From contig JBAZBR010000002.1 in NCBI GenBank assembly GCA_041671325.1, positions 9,978 through 73,977 of the forward strand: 64,000 nt of DNA, written 5' to 3'. A program made the position numbers and the translations under genes. Shown piece after piece: positions 33,746 to 43,910 of this stretch (position 1 is its first letter; each line of letters opens with the position of its first letter). The notes under the pieces were generated by a model that was given only the letters and a program-made list of their open reading frames with translations, was not told the DNA's origin and did not search any database. Origin of the DNA: Patescibacteria group bacterium. Lineage in GTDB: Bacteria > Patescibacteriota > Patescibacteriia > PEXW01.

Positions 33746-35599
33746 ATGCAAAACCATCCTAAAAGCCAAAACGCCTTTCCTCGTTGGTTGGGCTATTGCC
33801 TGATTGCCATTCTGGTGGTCTTTTTTGGTATTGGTTTGAAAACTGTCTTTGCGGCTTTTAATGACCCAACTTGCGATCCGCTTACTAGCCCAGGCACCTG
33901 TAATACCAAACCGCCAATTTTTACACAAACCGATCCTGCAGGCGCTATTCAAACCATAGAAACTCCGTTGACCATTGGGGCAACCGGCGGAATTTCAGAA
34001 GATTTGAATTTATATGGAAGCATTATTCTTAATGAAAACGGGCAGAACCTAAGGACAAATGGATATGCCAGTGGCACCGTTGCACCGATTAATGTTTCAA
34101 ATTCCGGTTCATTTTATACCATCGTTTCAAATGCATCAGAAGCAACCGGAGCCGCTTATTCAGCTAGCGCTTCTGGTTATGCGACCGGGCTTCTTGCAAA
34201 TTCCATCAATGGGACTGCTTTATACGCAATTACAACTGGCGAGGGGTATGGCTTACGAATTGATTATTCCGGTACAACCACAGCCCTTAAGATTAATGCT
34301 TCTGGCAAGCAGGCCATGAATATTACAGGCGACTCAATTTTAACTGGCAATGCCAATATTACAGGCGCTTTAACAGTTGGGTCAATAACCGTTGGTGGTC
34401 AAAGTTTGACTGGGAACGAAAAAACTTTAACCGGGGTAATTCCATCTGCTACTCTTCCAGCCTATGGCGAATTGGTTATTCCCTTAAAAAGCGTGGCATT
34501 TAATAACAGTAATTATCGACTAACCAGTCTGCAAATTTTATATTCTAAAACAGCAACACCGCCAGCTAATACTTATTGGTATCAATTCCCGGTTGATTCA
34601 ACAAAACTCAAATATCAAGAATGCAATAATACTGGCTTAGGGACTTTTGTTGGTAATTTAACTTTGACCAATCCTTTATCTGATGCGACAAATGTTAGGG
34701 TTAAACTTACTTATTCTACAGATGCTGTGAATTGCGCTTCAGACAATTCCGCGCCGCTAGCCCCGATTATTTCTGTTACGCCTACGCCCTACGCAAATGG
34801 AGGCAAAAATTATGTAAAAGGATTGCCAACCCTAAATGTAACCGCTTCAGACCCAGAATCGGATATAACAGAAGTGACAATTTATGCTAACGCTGTTTTG
34901 GTAGCTACCTGTAGCATGAGTCCGTGTAGTTATACCTATGCTTCAGTACCAACAACTAAACAGACAATTACCGCAACGGCGAAATCCGGTGCTGCTGAAA
35001 TTTCACCAACTGCGACTTATATTTTTTCTCCTGATAATTATGGGCCGATCATAACCGCATTTAGCGCTCCAGCAGCAACTGTTAGCAGTCAAACCAATAT
35101 ATCAGTTCAAATTTCTGAAAATTTAAGCGGTGTTAAAATGGAAAGTGGTAAATATACCGGAGTCAGATTGTATCTTTGTCCAGGAGCTACTTGTACAGTG
35201 GGTGCTGGTACTGAACTGAAAGATTTTACTACAAACGATTTTGCTCAATCAACTGATGATACTTACTGGAAGATTAATTGGAACACAACTGCTTTTGTTA
35301 ACGGTACTTATACCATACTTGCAACCGCAGTTGATAATGTGGGGAATATAGCAACGGTTCCACCCTCAATTGTTAATTCCAAGACTATAGCAATAAGCAA
35401 TGTGCCTATTTGTGGTATTGCTGGCGCTTGTTATACAATTCCCAATTCAACAGAGCATAAAACGTCATGTTGCACTAACACTTGTTATGACCCAATAGTT
35501 AAAGGTTGTTGTGCTGGAGCAACTTATGATTTAAGTTCGGAATGTTGCTATAGTAATGTCGTTCATCCAATTGCTTATTGCAGTTGTCCAGGTTGTTAA
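33746..35599 (+). CDS. large secreted protein (617 aa) with a fibre-like Gly/Thr/Ala-rich region, Ig-like domains and a Cys-rich C-terminal module
   Basis: N-terminal TM/signal. Big-like beta-rich repeats. About 14 Cys in the last 60 aa. Confidence 0.5.
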   Translation: MQNHPKSQNAFPRWLGYCLIAILVVFFGIGLKTVFAAFNDPTCDPLTSPGTCNTKPPIFTQTDPAGAIQTIETPLTIGATGGISEDLNLYGSIILNENGQNLRTNGYASGTVAPINVSNSGSFYTIVSNASEATGAAYSASASGYATGLLANSINGTALYAITTGEGYGLRIDYSGTTTALKINASGKQAMNITGDSILTGNANITGALTVGSITVGGQSLTGNEKTLTGVIPSATLPAYGELVIPLKSVAFNNSNYRLTSLQILYSKTATPPANTYWYQFPVDSTKLKYQECNNTGLGTFVGNLTLTNPLSDATNVRVKLTYSTDAVNCASDNSAPLAPIISVTPTPYANGGKNYVKGLPTLNVTASDPESDITEVTIYANAVLVATCSMSPCSYTYASVPTTKQTITATAKSGAAEISPTATYIFSPDNYGPIITAFSAPAATVSSQTNISVQISENLSGVKMESGKYTGVRLYLCPGATCTVGAGTELKDFTTNDFAQSTDDTYWKINWNTTAFVNGTYTILATAVDNVGNIATVPPSIVNSKTIAISNVPICGIAGACYTIPNSTEHKTSCCTNTCYDPIVKGCCAGATYDLSSECCYSNVVHPIAYCSCPGC

Positions 35600-35739
35600 T
35601 TAACTAATAAATTGGATAATTAAAATACCGTTCTAGTAACAAAGGGGCGGTATTTTGTTATTTCCCAATAAAAGTTGACTTTTTGTTGATTTGATGGTAC
35701 AATATAAATGTTTGTAAACATAAAAAACTAACAATTCGG

Positions 35740-38700
35740 ATGCAAAAATCTCACCTATTAAATACAAAGGTAAGAGCTTGGCTAATTATGGCCGTGGCTT
35801 TTTTTACGTTATCGGTTTTCCTGCCCAAAGCGCTTTTAGCGGCCTTGACCAGCCCTTCAATCGTCGTGGGCGGAGACCAATATGCAAATGACAGTTCATT
35901 AGGCAAGATTTCCCAAAGAAATTGGCGGAGCGAAAACCAAAAAAGCCGAAAGATTGTTTATGTTAATCCTAATGATAAGACCCCGACTTTATTTGCTGGT
36001 TACGTTAACGAAGACAGCACGGCCTGCGCGAATACGGTCGATGGCGGGGTGACAATCAAAAGATGCAGACTGGAATTTAAAATGAGCATTGACAACGGCA
36101 TGACTTGGTCCCAAGCGATTTCCAGCTCCCAAACTTGGTTAGATATCGAAGTTATTAATTCAGCCATTGATCCGACCTTAACTAATTATTCGCCTGAGTT
36201 TTCAATAATATTAAGCCCGAACAACCAAGACATTTGGGTGGCGTATAAAACATATAGCACTGATATTAATAACAATATTAGTTTTGGCCAGGAATCTCAA
36301 ATCGCTAAATTGACCTGGGATGCCAGTACCAGCAAATGGAAAATCGGGACAATAAGAAAACCGTCAGTACCAATAGCGCCAACAGTGCCGAATATTAATA
36401 CAGAAACTAATGGCTGGTGTAATTATTATTCGACTTATAGAACGTCTTTGCCAACCGTATTTGTAGAGAATTTAAGTGATGGAACGGAAAGGGTTTGGGC
36501 AATACTACAATGTTTAAGTCTTCACGGCCCAGCCCCTGCATACCATTCGCATGAATATTACCCGATTTATAATGATGATTTTTCCAATTCTAATGATTGG
36601 ACAGTGGCAAAAAGTGGAGGCTCACCGCTACAAATAGAATACGATAATTATCCTAATCCCCCTGGCACTTATGGATATGCCCCGCCAAAAATGACCTTTA
36701 TTCCCCTCGGTAGCAATAAATTGCCAAGTATTATAAGTGCAAGAGAGCAATTTGTTGCTGGGGAAAATCCTTGCGTAAAGATATTTACTAAAAATAATGA
36801 TATAAGCGCGGATAGTTGGACAGCAACCTATAAATGCGCGGTTAGTGTTGTACCGGAAAAAGATACAAAACTTTTTGATTTTTCTATTGCGGCTTACCCA
36901 ACGTCTACAGACCAGTCCCGATTTGTAGTTGCCTATGAGGGTGGATATGATGTTGCCAGTGGAGGTGCAATAAGTTATGAAAATAAAACCAGGATAAGAA
37001 GCTGTTTATTTACGAATAGTGGTACCAGTGGTTGCAAAGCCGCCATTATTAGCGGATCGAATTTTTTTACTAACGCCTATTCGCCGTCCGTGGGTTTTTT
37101 TAACAGCAAAGCGTTTATTGCTCTACGGGATTCAGGCACTGGAAATTTGATAACCAGCGAAGAAAGTGCTGATTATTCTACTTGGCCACCGGCAGATTAT
37201 ACTTGGGTAGACGCATCTTCACATTCGTCTTCAGCCACGACCCAGACTCCCAGCGTTCCAGTTTATGTTTATGACGGGAAAATAACTTTGAATTCCGGAC
37301 TCTGGCCAATTATGTGGCTTCAAACAAATAATAAAAAAGTAGTTTTCTCTGAAAACATAGGAGGCACAGTAATCGGCCCGAATTTGCCGGCTTATCCAGT
37401 GCTGGGCTGGGGCTGGTCATCAAATTTCGGCTGGTTATCCTTAAATTGCGTAAATAGAATTTCATCAGACCTAAATGTTATTCCAAATTGTAATCCTGCT
37501 TATGGCGTCGGGGTGGGGATTGCCAGTTCAAATGTTCCAGCTGGCAATGCTTTTTCCGCGCCTGATGGCTACCCTTTGGGCGGTTATGCCTGGTCATCCA
37601 ATGCTGGCCTGGTTTCTTTTGAAAGAAAAGACAGCGTTAATAGCACAAATAATCCATATGGAAACCCGGCGAACCTGCCCTATAACAATAGCGCCAATGC
37701 CAATGACCCAATTATTAAATATGATACAACTGCCCAAAAAATCCATGGCTGGGGCAGGTTTTTGAACCTTTGTAATTTTGACAATACTTCAAAATGCAAA
37801 GATAAAGAGAAAGGCTGGTTGAAAATGCAGGGCTATTGGCTAAAACCCGGAGTAAAATGTGCAATTTTTCATAATACTAATAATACTGTTACTTTTTCTA
37901 ATGCGTTTCCTGGTGGTTGTACAGATTATGCTAAATTCGATATTGGCGGCGGTATTATCGTAGTTGACGGCGATTATTATCAATATACAAGCAGAGTTAG
38001 CAATAAATTAAACGGAATTTCACCGAATATTGGCCTAGCGCCTGATGATAGGGTCGACGACATGGTTTACGCGGCAAGCGGCACTGATCCAGATGATCCC
38101 CCTGGTTGCACTGGGAGTGCGTGCAGACTCAATGGCGGCCCATACGGCGTCCAAGCTTTTTGGAACGGTTCAAATTATGAATTCAGTGGCTGGGGCTGGA
38201 GCGATGATTATGGCTGGATTGCCTTCAGGCCATTGATCTTTGTGGGCTATGCCTGGATGGAATCTTTATTCGGCAATATTTATTCAGGAGGGGCAATCAG
38301 TTTGCCCAAGCCGGAAAACAAGTCTGGCACGCCAATTATGTGCGATTACAATAACGATGGAGTGGCAGAATCAGAATGCGTGGTCAGTACTTACCGGATT
38401 GAAGCTGGCGGAAACATTTCAACTTTTAACCCGCCTGGCACTTCTTACACAACCAAACTGCCAACTTCGGGATACGGTGGAAATTTCGGACCGGAAAACC
38501 GTCTATTGGGAAATCTGGAAAATTTTTTTGATTCAAACCTTTTAACCACAGGATCAGGAAACGCAGACCTATATTCTTTAAACACTAGCGAATCGACCGT
38601 GGTTTACCGGAATGCCCTGGGCAAACTGGATTTGACTGGTTTGATCAGTTATAGTGATTCAAATCTTATTAATTATTTTTATGAAACTGATCCTTCAACT

Positions 38701-39666
38701 GCTAAACAAATCAAGCTTGGTTTAAATCGTTTTGGCAATACAGTATGGGAAAATGTCATTTTGCCAGAAAGTAATATACCATCAGGCGGTTGGACCACAT
38801 CTTTGCTGGGAGGCTTAAGTACTTTTGGTAAATGGCAGGACAACCACCCAACCCTAGAATCATTTCAAAATGAAGTTGTGCATATCACTACTGACCTGAC
38901 AATTGACGGCGGATCTGGGGTATGGGCATCAAAAGCAGGCGATTGGACATCGGCTGCGGGCGGAACCCTGACCATATCAGGGGCAACTGGAAACTTTTCA
39001 ACCCCTGCTGACCCGGCAACTGGTAGTAGTCCACCATTACAAAAAGCTCTTTGTTCAACCTGTGCTTTGGTAATTGATCCAAATACAGCTAATGAAGAAT
39101 ATGTTTCTTATACTTCATTTTCAGGTTCAACTTTTAATGGGGTGAGAACTATTAATGGCATCAAAACTCATTCTGGCGCACCAATCGTCAGGTCAGCCTG
39201 GAGATTACCCTATACTTCTGGTGAAGCTAATGCGCAAACAGTTACATTTGTAGTGGACGGAAACTTGAATATTAATTATAATATAATTGGATCAAACCCA
39301 TCGAATCCACAAAAAATTCGTGATCTACCGACCGTTGCTTTTATCGTCAAAGGCAACGTGAATATTGACCCAGCAGTCAATAAAGTGACGGGCGCATTCG
39401 TTGCTTTAGGCCCAGCCAGTCAATTTAACACTGGTAATGACTATGGCTATTGTCCGCAGGGTACTGCGCTTGGCGTTATCTGCAATCCCCTGGAAGTTGT
39501 GGGCTTGGTTATGGCAAAGAGCTTTAGCTTGGAAAGGTATGGAGCTAAAGACTTGTCAAAACCCGGGGAAAAATTTGTTTACGATTCCAGTTTGTTCTTA
39601 AACCCACCGCCTGGCCTTAATGATTTAAGCAAAGCCTTGGCTAACCCAACCCGAACTCAACCTTAA
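35740..39666 (+). CDS. giant secreted protein (1308 aa) with repeated GWGWS..GW(L/I) motifs. Ends 5 nt before pilM, so probably co-transcribed.
   Basis: Signal peptide. Internal repeats LGWGWSSNFGWLSLNC, GGYAWSSNAGLVSF and SGWGWSDDYGWIAFRP. No recognisable enzymatic motifs. Confidence 0.5.
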   Translation: MQKSHLLNTKVRAWLIMAVAFFTLSVFLPKALLAALTSPSIVVGGDQYANDSSLGKISQRNWRSENQKSRKIVYVNPNDKTPTLFAGYVNEDSTACANTVDGGVTIKRCRLEFKMSIDNGMTWSQAISSSQTWLDIEVINSAIDPTLTNYSPEFSIILSPNNQDIWVAYKTYSTDINNNISFGQESQIAKLTWDASTSKWKIGTIRKPSVPIAPTVPNINTETNGWCNYYSTYRTSLPTVFVENLSDGTERVWAILQCLSLHGPAPAYHSHEYYPIYNDDFSNSNDWTVAKSGGSPLQIEYDNYPNPPGTYGYAPPKMTFIPLGSNKLPSIISAREQFVAGENPCVKIFTKNNDISADSWTATYKCAVSVVPEKDTKLFDFSIAAYPTSTDQSRFVVAYEGGYDVASGGAISYENKTRIRSCLFTNSGTSGCKAAIISGSNFFTNAYSPSVGFFNSKAFIALRDSGTGNLITSEESADYSTWPPADYTWVDASSHSSSATTQTPSVPVYVYDGKITLNSGLWPIMWLQTNNKKVVFSENIGGTVIGPNLPAYPVLGWGWSSNFGWLSLNCVNRISSDLNVIPNCNPAYGVGVGIASSNVPAGNAFSAPDGYPLGGYAWSSNAGLVSFERKDSVNSTNNPYGNPANLPYNNSANANDPIIKYDTTAQKIHGWGRFLNLCNFDNTSKCKDKEKGWLKMQGYWLKPGVKCAIFHNTNNTVTFSNAFPGGCTDYAKFDIGGGIIVVDGDYYQYTSRVSNKLNGISPNIGLAPDDRVDDMVYAASGTDPDDPPGCTGSACRLNGGPYGVQAFWNGSNYEFSGWGWSDDYGWIAFRPLIFVGYAWMESLFGNIYSGGAISLPKPENKSGTPIMCDYNNDGVAESECVVSTYRIEAGGNISTFNPPGTSYTTKLPTSGYGGNFGPENRLLGNLENFFDSNLLTTGSGNADLYSLNTSESTVVYRNALGKLDLTGLISYSDSNLINYFYETDPSTAKQIKLGLNRFGNTVWENVILPESNIPSGGWTTSLLGGLSTFGKWQDNHPTLESFQNEVVHITTDLTIDGGSGVWASKAGDWTSAAGGTLTISGATGNFSTPADPATGSSPPLQKALCSTCALVIDPNTANEEYVSYTSFSGSTFNGVRTINGIKTHSGAPIVRSAWRLPYTSGEANAQTVTFVVDGNLNINYNIIGSNPSNPQKIRDLPTVAFIVKGNVNIDPAVNKVTGAFVALGPASQFNTGNDYGYCPQGTALGVICNPLEVVGLVMAKSFSLERYGAKDLSKPGEKFVYDSSLFLNPPPGLNDLSKALANPTRTQP

Positions 39667-39670
39667 AAAT

Positions 39671-40801
39671 ATGCCGATTTTTTCTTCAAAACAAAGCTAT
39701 TTAGGCATTGATATTGGCGGTTCAGCCATTAAGCTGGTTGAAATTAAACCGATTGCCAACCGGCCGACTTTGGTTACCTATGGTTTTGCGGAAAAACGCA
39801 GTGACTTGCTTAAAAGCACCTTAGGCGAAGAAATGAAAGCCATAATCGCGGCCATAAAACAGGTGGTTGAAGCCAGTCGTGCCAGTTCCAGGCTAGTAGT
39901 CAGCGCTTTGCCCAGTTTTACGGTTTTCAGCTCAATAATTTCCCTGCCGCAGATGTCAAAAAAAGAATTAATGTCAGCCGTAAAATGGGAAGCGAAAAAA
40001 TTTGTGCCCATGCCGGTTGAAGAAATGATTTTGGACTGGGAAGTCTTGAAAGATGATACCTTGGCGGCCAAGGTGGCAGGCGTGAACGCGCAAGGTACGG
40101 TAACCAAGGACGCAAACCTGCCTTCGCCGGAAGTGGCCGGCAAAAACAGCGCCAAAGACCTGAAGGTTTTACTGACTGCCGCGCCAAAAAATTTGGTCCA
40201 AAAATACATGGAGATTTTCAAAGCCGCTGATTTGCAACTGGTGGCTTTGGAAACTGAAGCTTTTTCTTTGGAAAGGTCGTTAATCGGCCATGACAAGGCG
40301 CCCATCATGATTGTGGATATTGGCGCGGTGGCTTCCAATATCGTAGTCTTCAGCGAAGGCATTCCCATGCTGACCCGCTCCATCGATGTCGGCGGCGATA
40401 CTATTACAAAAACCATAGCCAGCACCCTAAGGGTCAGCCCAGATCGGGCCGAACAGTTTAAGCGGGATTTTTTCATTGCCACCCAAGGCATGACTGACAG
40501 CAATATCCCCAAGGCCATTGAGTTTGTGGTTAATTCCATAACCAACGAGATTAAATACGTCCTGAATCTTTACCAGAACCAGGGCACTGGCCGGAATATT
40601 GAAAAAATTATTCTTTCCGGCGGCTCGGCTTTCCTGACCAATTTGCCCGAATACTTCACGAAAATTTTAAATATCCAAACTTATATTGGCGATCCCTGGG
40701 CCAGGGTTTCTTACCCGGTGGAATTAAAGCCGGTTTGGGATGAAATTGGGCCCAGATTTGCGGTTGCCGTAGGCTTGGCCTTAAGGCAATTAGGAAGTTA
40801 A
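39671..40801 (+). CDS. pilM: type IV pilus assembly ATPase-like protein PilM (actin/FtsA fold)
   Basis: LGIDIGGSAIKLVE N-terminus. Length and motifs in the PilM pattern. Confidence 0.85.
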   Translation: MPIFSSKQSYLGIDIGGSAIKLVEIKPIANRPTLVTYGFAEKRSDLLKSTLGEEMKAIIAAIKQVVEASRASSRLVVSALPSFTVFSSIISLPQMSKKELMSAVKWEAKKFVPMPVEEMILDWEVLKDDTLAAKVAGVNAQGTVTKDANLPSPEVAGKNSAKDLKVLLTAAPKNLVQKYMEIFKAADLQLVALETEAFSLERSLIGHDKAPIMIVDIGAVASNIVVFSEGIPMLTRSIDVGGDTITKTIASTLRVSPDRAEQFKRDFFIATQGMTDSNIPKAIEFVVNSITNEIKYVLNLYQNQGTGRNIEKIILSGGSAFLTNLPEYFTKILNIQTYIGDPWARVSYPVELKPVWDEIGPRFAVAVGLALRQLGS

Positions 40802-40804
40802 CTT

Positions 40805-42148
40805 ATGGAGTCAGAAATAAATTTGCTTCCAGAAAAGGATAAACAATTAAAACGAGAAGCCAAGCCGAAAGCTCCGGAAATTGAAATGACTCAGCCAAAG
40901 GATAGGGTTTTTTCTGAACATGTTGTCCCGGCGAGCGGCTTAGTTGAGTTTTTTAAGAATTTGTTTGGCAAGAAAGACCAATTAATCATCAAAAAAGGGC
41001 ATGAAAAGCTAGAACCGCCCGAGCCAAAGAAGTCGGTGTTAACGCCAGCCGCGCCAATTGGGCCAGTGACCAGAATAGAAGCTATGGCTAGCCGGGTGAC
41101 TATGCCCCCGCCTCCGCCAGTGCCAGTTCAGTTGAAACCGCAAAGCCAAAACCAGGCAAAATCCACGGCAACTTCTGCTAAGCCAGGTTTTTTCCATAAA
41201 TTTTTGAATAAAATTGAGGGCATACCAGAAAAACCAGCGCCAAAACCAAGCAAAAATATTGAAGATAAGAATATCCTTCCGTCCAGGCCAACTCAACCTC
41301 CTCCTCAACAGCCAGAATATCGGCCAGAAACCCCCTTACCCGCCAGAAAACCAGTTTGGACCCCGCCTCCGCCTCCTGCTGTTATGGTTAATGCACCCGA
41401 ATCCCAAGCCAGTACGCTAAACAAATTGCCGCCAGTGCCGCTCCCGCCCAGAAAACCAGTTACGGATTCCGGCGAAGCGGTTAGGGAAGTAACCAAGGGC
41501 AAACAGCGGCCAGAACCTAGCCCAGTTATGGGCTTGGGTCTGAATGTCAACTTAGTGCCTGAAGAGTACCAAACTAAAACCGGACCGAAGTTAAAAGTTT
41601 ATTTTGCATTAACAATATTAATCCCGATATTAATAATTGCGGGAATGTCTTTTGGCTTGTGGATATATACTAAGAACGTTCAAAATAAAATTTCAAAAAT
41701 AAATGACGAATTGCAATTGGTAAAAACCCAAATTGAATCCATTACCACCGGGACTTTGACGTATGCGCAGGCCTTGCAGCAAAAAACCAGCAGCCTGAAC
41801 ACGGTTTTAAACCAGCATGTTTATTGGGACAAGTTTTTTATGTATTTGGAAAAATACACCCTACCGTCGGTAAGCTACCAGAATATGTCGGTGGATATTA
41901 CCGGAGGTGTGAGCTTATCCGCCACCACAAAAACTTTTGATGATGTTGGCCGGGAATTATTGATCCTAAAACAGGCTGCGGATTTTGTGAATGAAGTTAC
42001 CATCACTTCAGCCGTTAAAGCTAGTATTGCAAATCCTTTAGCCGCCAATCCGCCTGACCAGAAAGTAGAACAAAAAACCGAGGAAGTGGTTAATTTTTCC
42101 ATTGCTTTGAAAGTTAAGCCGGAAATTTTCTTTAAAAGATCTAAGTAG
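40805..42148 (+). CDS. PilN-like pilus assembly protein with a ~260-aa Pro-rich cytoplasmic N-terminal extension
   Basis: Single TM (aa ~265-290) followed by a PilN-like periplasmic domain. Position after pilM. Confidence 0.5.
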   Translation: MESEINLLPEKDKQLKREAKPKAPEIEMTQPKDRVFSEHVVPASGLVEFFKNLFGKKDQLIIKKGHEKLEPPEPKKSVLTPAAPIGPVTRIEAMASRVTMPPPPPVPVQLKPQSQNQAKSTATSAKPGFFHKFLNKIEGIPEKPAPKPSKNIEDKNILPSRPTQPPPQQPEYRPETPLPARKPVWTPPPPPAVMVNAPESQASTLNKLPPVPLPPRKPVTDSGEAVREVTKGKQRPEPSPVMGLGLNVNLVPEEYQTKTGPKLKVYFALTILIPILIIAGMSFGLWIYTKNVQNKISKINDELQLVKTQIESITTGTLTYAQALQQKTSSLNTVLNQHVYWDKFFMYLEKYTLPSVSYQNMSVDITGGVSLSATTKTFDDVGRELLILKQAADFVNEVTITSAVKASIANPLAANPPDQKVEQKTEEVVNFSIALKVKPEIFFKRSK

Positions 42149-42156
42149 AAAATTCA

Positions 42157-42759
42157 ATGCGTATTAGTCTTAAAAAAATAACCAGCTTCATTGCCGAACA
42201 CTTGTCAATAATCGGCAAGATAGTTGCTTTTATTATCCTGATAATCGGCATATTATTTTTAGTCGTACCCCAGTATCAGAAGGCCAGGGGATTAGCCGGT
42301 GTAGATTACACCTATAAAAAAACCCAACTCGAAAACGAAACACAATATAGAGACAGCTTGTTTGAGTTGAGAAATAGCTTAAACAAAATCCCCCAAGAGG
42401 ACATTGACCGAATTTCCTTGATAATTCCTAAAGGCAAGGATATCCCGGGCATATTCAAGCAGATGGAGGGATTTGCTAAATCAGTGGGCATGACCCTGCA
42501 ATCAGTTTCGATTTCTGATGGTGGGCTAGCAACCGGTTCAACCGCAAGCGCAGCGGCAGGAAATGCCAGCCAAGTTAAAACTCTTTCAATTTCCGTGGTT
42601 TTGGGCGGTTCAATGAATTATAGCCGAATGAAAGATTTCTTGAACACTTTAGCCAAACAGGCTCCGATATTGGATCTAACCAGCATTTCATATTCTCCTG
42701 CCACCAGCGCGGTACCCACTACGTATAGCTTTTCCTTTCGTTCGTATTATTTTCAATAA
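42157..42759 (+). CDS. PilO-like pilus assembly protein
   Basis: N-terminal TM, coiled-coil, and C-terminal domain. Operon position pilM-N-O. Confidence 0.5.
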   Translation: MRISLKKITSFIAEHLSIIGKIVAFIILIIGILFLVVPQYQKARGLAGVDYTYKKTQLENETQYRDSLFELRNSLNKIPQEDIDRISLIIPKGKDIPGIFKQMEGFAKSVGMTLQSVSISDGGLATGSTASAAAGNASQVKTLSISVVLGGSMNYSRMKDFLNTLAKQAPILDLTSISYSPATSAVPTTYSFSFRSYYFQ

Positions 42760-42764
42760 ATATT

Positions 42765-43910
42765 ATGCTTGTCCAAAAGCAAGCCACAAAAAATTTACGT
42801 AATTACTTATTAATCGGCGGGATTATCCTAGTCTTATTGCTGGGGTATTTAGTTTATCAAAAAATGTCCAATTCTAACCAGGATTTGTCAGGAGATTCAG
42901 GGGGTGCAAAAAGACAAGCCTTGCCAAAAGATTTTGGCCAGAAGCTTTTTAAAGATCCAAGATTTTATGACCTAAAGCCAATTGCTGGGACTGAATTGGT
43001 CCAACAGGCAATGGTAACAACCCTTTCAACATTATTGCCCGCGCCAGAGAATTTTCAGGCATTTGACATGCAAAGCGGCGGTCGAATTATTTTTTCCTGG
43101 GTAAGGCCAGCTCTGGCCGAAGAAGCCACCAGTTTTAGGATTGTTAAAGGCCAAGAGAATTCTGCAAAAAATATTATTTCTTTAAAACCCGAAGAGACAA
43201 GCTTTGAATATTCATCGGCCACCAACAACGCAAAAGAAAGTTATTTCGGATACTATGTCAAGGAAGAAATACTCAGCCAAAGCCCCCAAATCTTGAGTCA
43301 GGACGGCCAAATTGGCGGAAGCATTAGGATTGCCATGTATCAGAATAGTGCAACATTAAGCTGGGCCAATCCTGATAATTCTGGGCTTAAGGCCATAGAA
43401 ATATTTCGTTCAGACAAAATCGGGTCTTTGGGAAGATTATTGGTAAATTTGGAAAATAATATTACGGAATATGAGGACAGTGATTCCGGCCCAGGACTGT
43501 ACTATTATACGGTTATTTGGGTTGGGAATGTCACTTTGGGCGAGAAGAGTCCAGCGGTAATTCAAGCAACGGACTCAAGCGCGCCAAGCGCTCCCCAAGC
43601 ACTTTCGGTAAAGTATATTCCTGAATCAAATAATATCGAATTAAGCTGGCAACCTTCTGCCTCAAGCGATGTCATAAGCTATGAAATTTATAAGTCAGAA
43701 ATACAAAATACTTTAGGTATAAATATCAGCACTATTGAAGTCCCAACAAATCAAGATGTTTCAAAAAATTCCCTTAATTATCTGGATGAATCCGTCCAGC
43801 CGAATAAGAAATTTTATTACAGCGTGGTGGCAGTAGACAGTTCTGGAAACAAATCTACCCAACAAACCCTTGGCGTTCCGGGAAATTCTAATCCTTTTGG
43901 CGAACAATGA
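42765..43910 (+). CDS. membrane-anchored protein with fibronectin type III-like domains (possible PilP-type or secretin-replacing accessory protein of a monoderm T4P)
   Basis: N-terminal TM. FN3-like PSAPQALSVKYIPESNNIELSWQP...YYSVVAVDSSGNKS. Confidence 0.45.
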   Translation: MLVQKQATKNLRNYLLIGGIILVLLLGYLVYQKMSNSNQDLSGDSGGAKRQALPKDFGQKLFKDPRFYDLKPIAGTELVQQAMVTTLSTLLPAPENFQAFDMQSGGRIIFSWVRPALAEEATSFRIVKGQENSAKNIISLKPEETSFEYSSATNNAKESYFGYYVKEEILSQSPQILSQDGQIGGSIRIAMYQNSATLSWANPDNSGLKAIEIFRSDKIGSLGRLLVNLENNITEYEDSDSGPGLYYYTVIWVGNVTLGEKSPAVIQATDSSAPSAPQALSVKYIPESNNIELSWQPSASSDVISYEIYKSEIQNTLGINISTIEVPTNQDVSKNSLNYLDESVQPNKKFYYSVVAVDSSGNKSTQQTLGVPGNSNPFGEQ

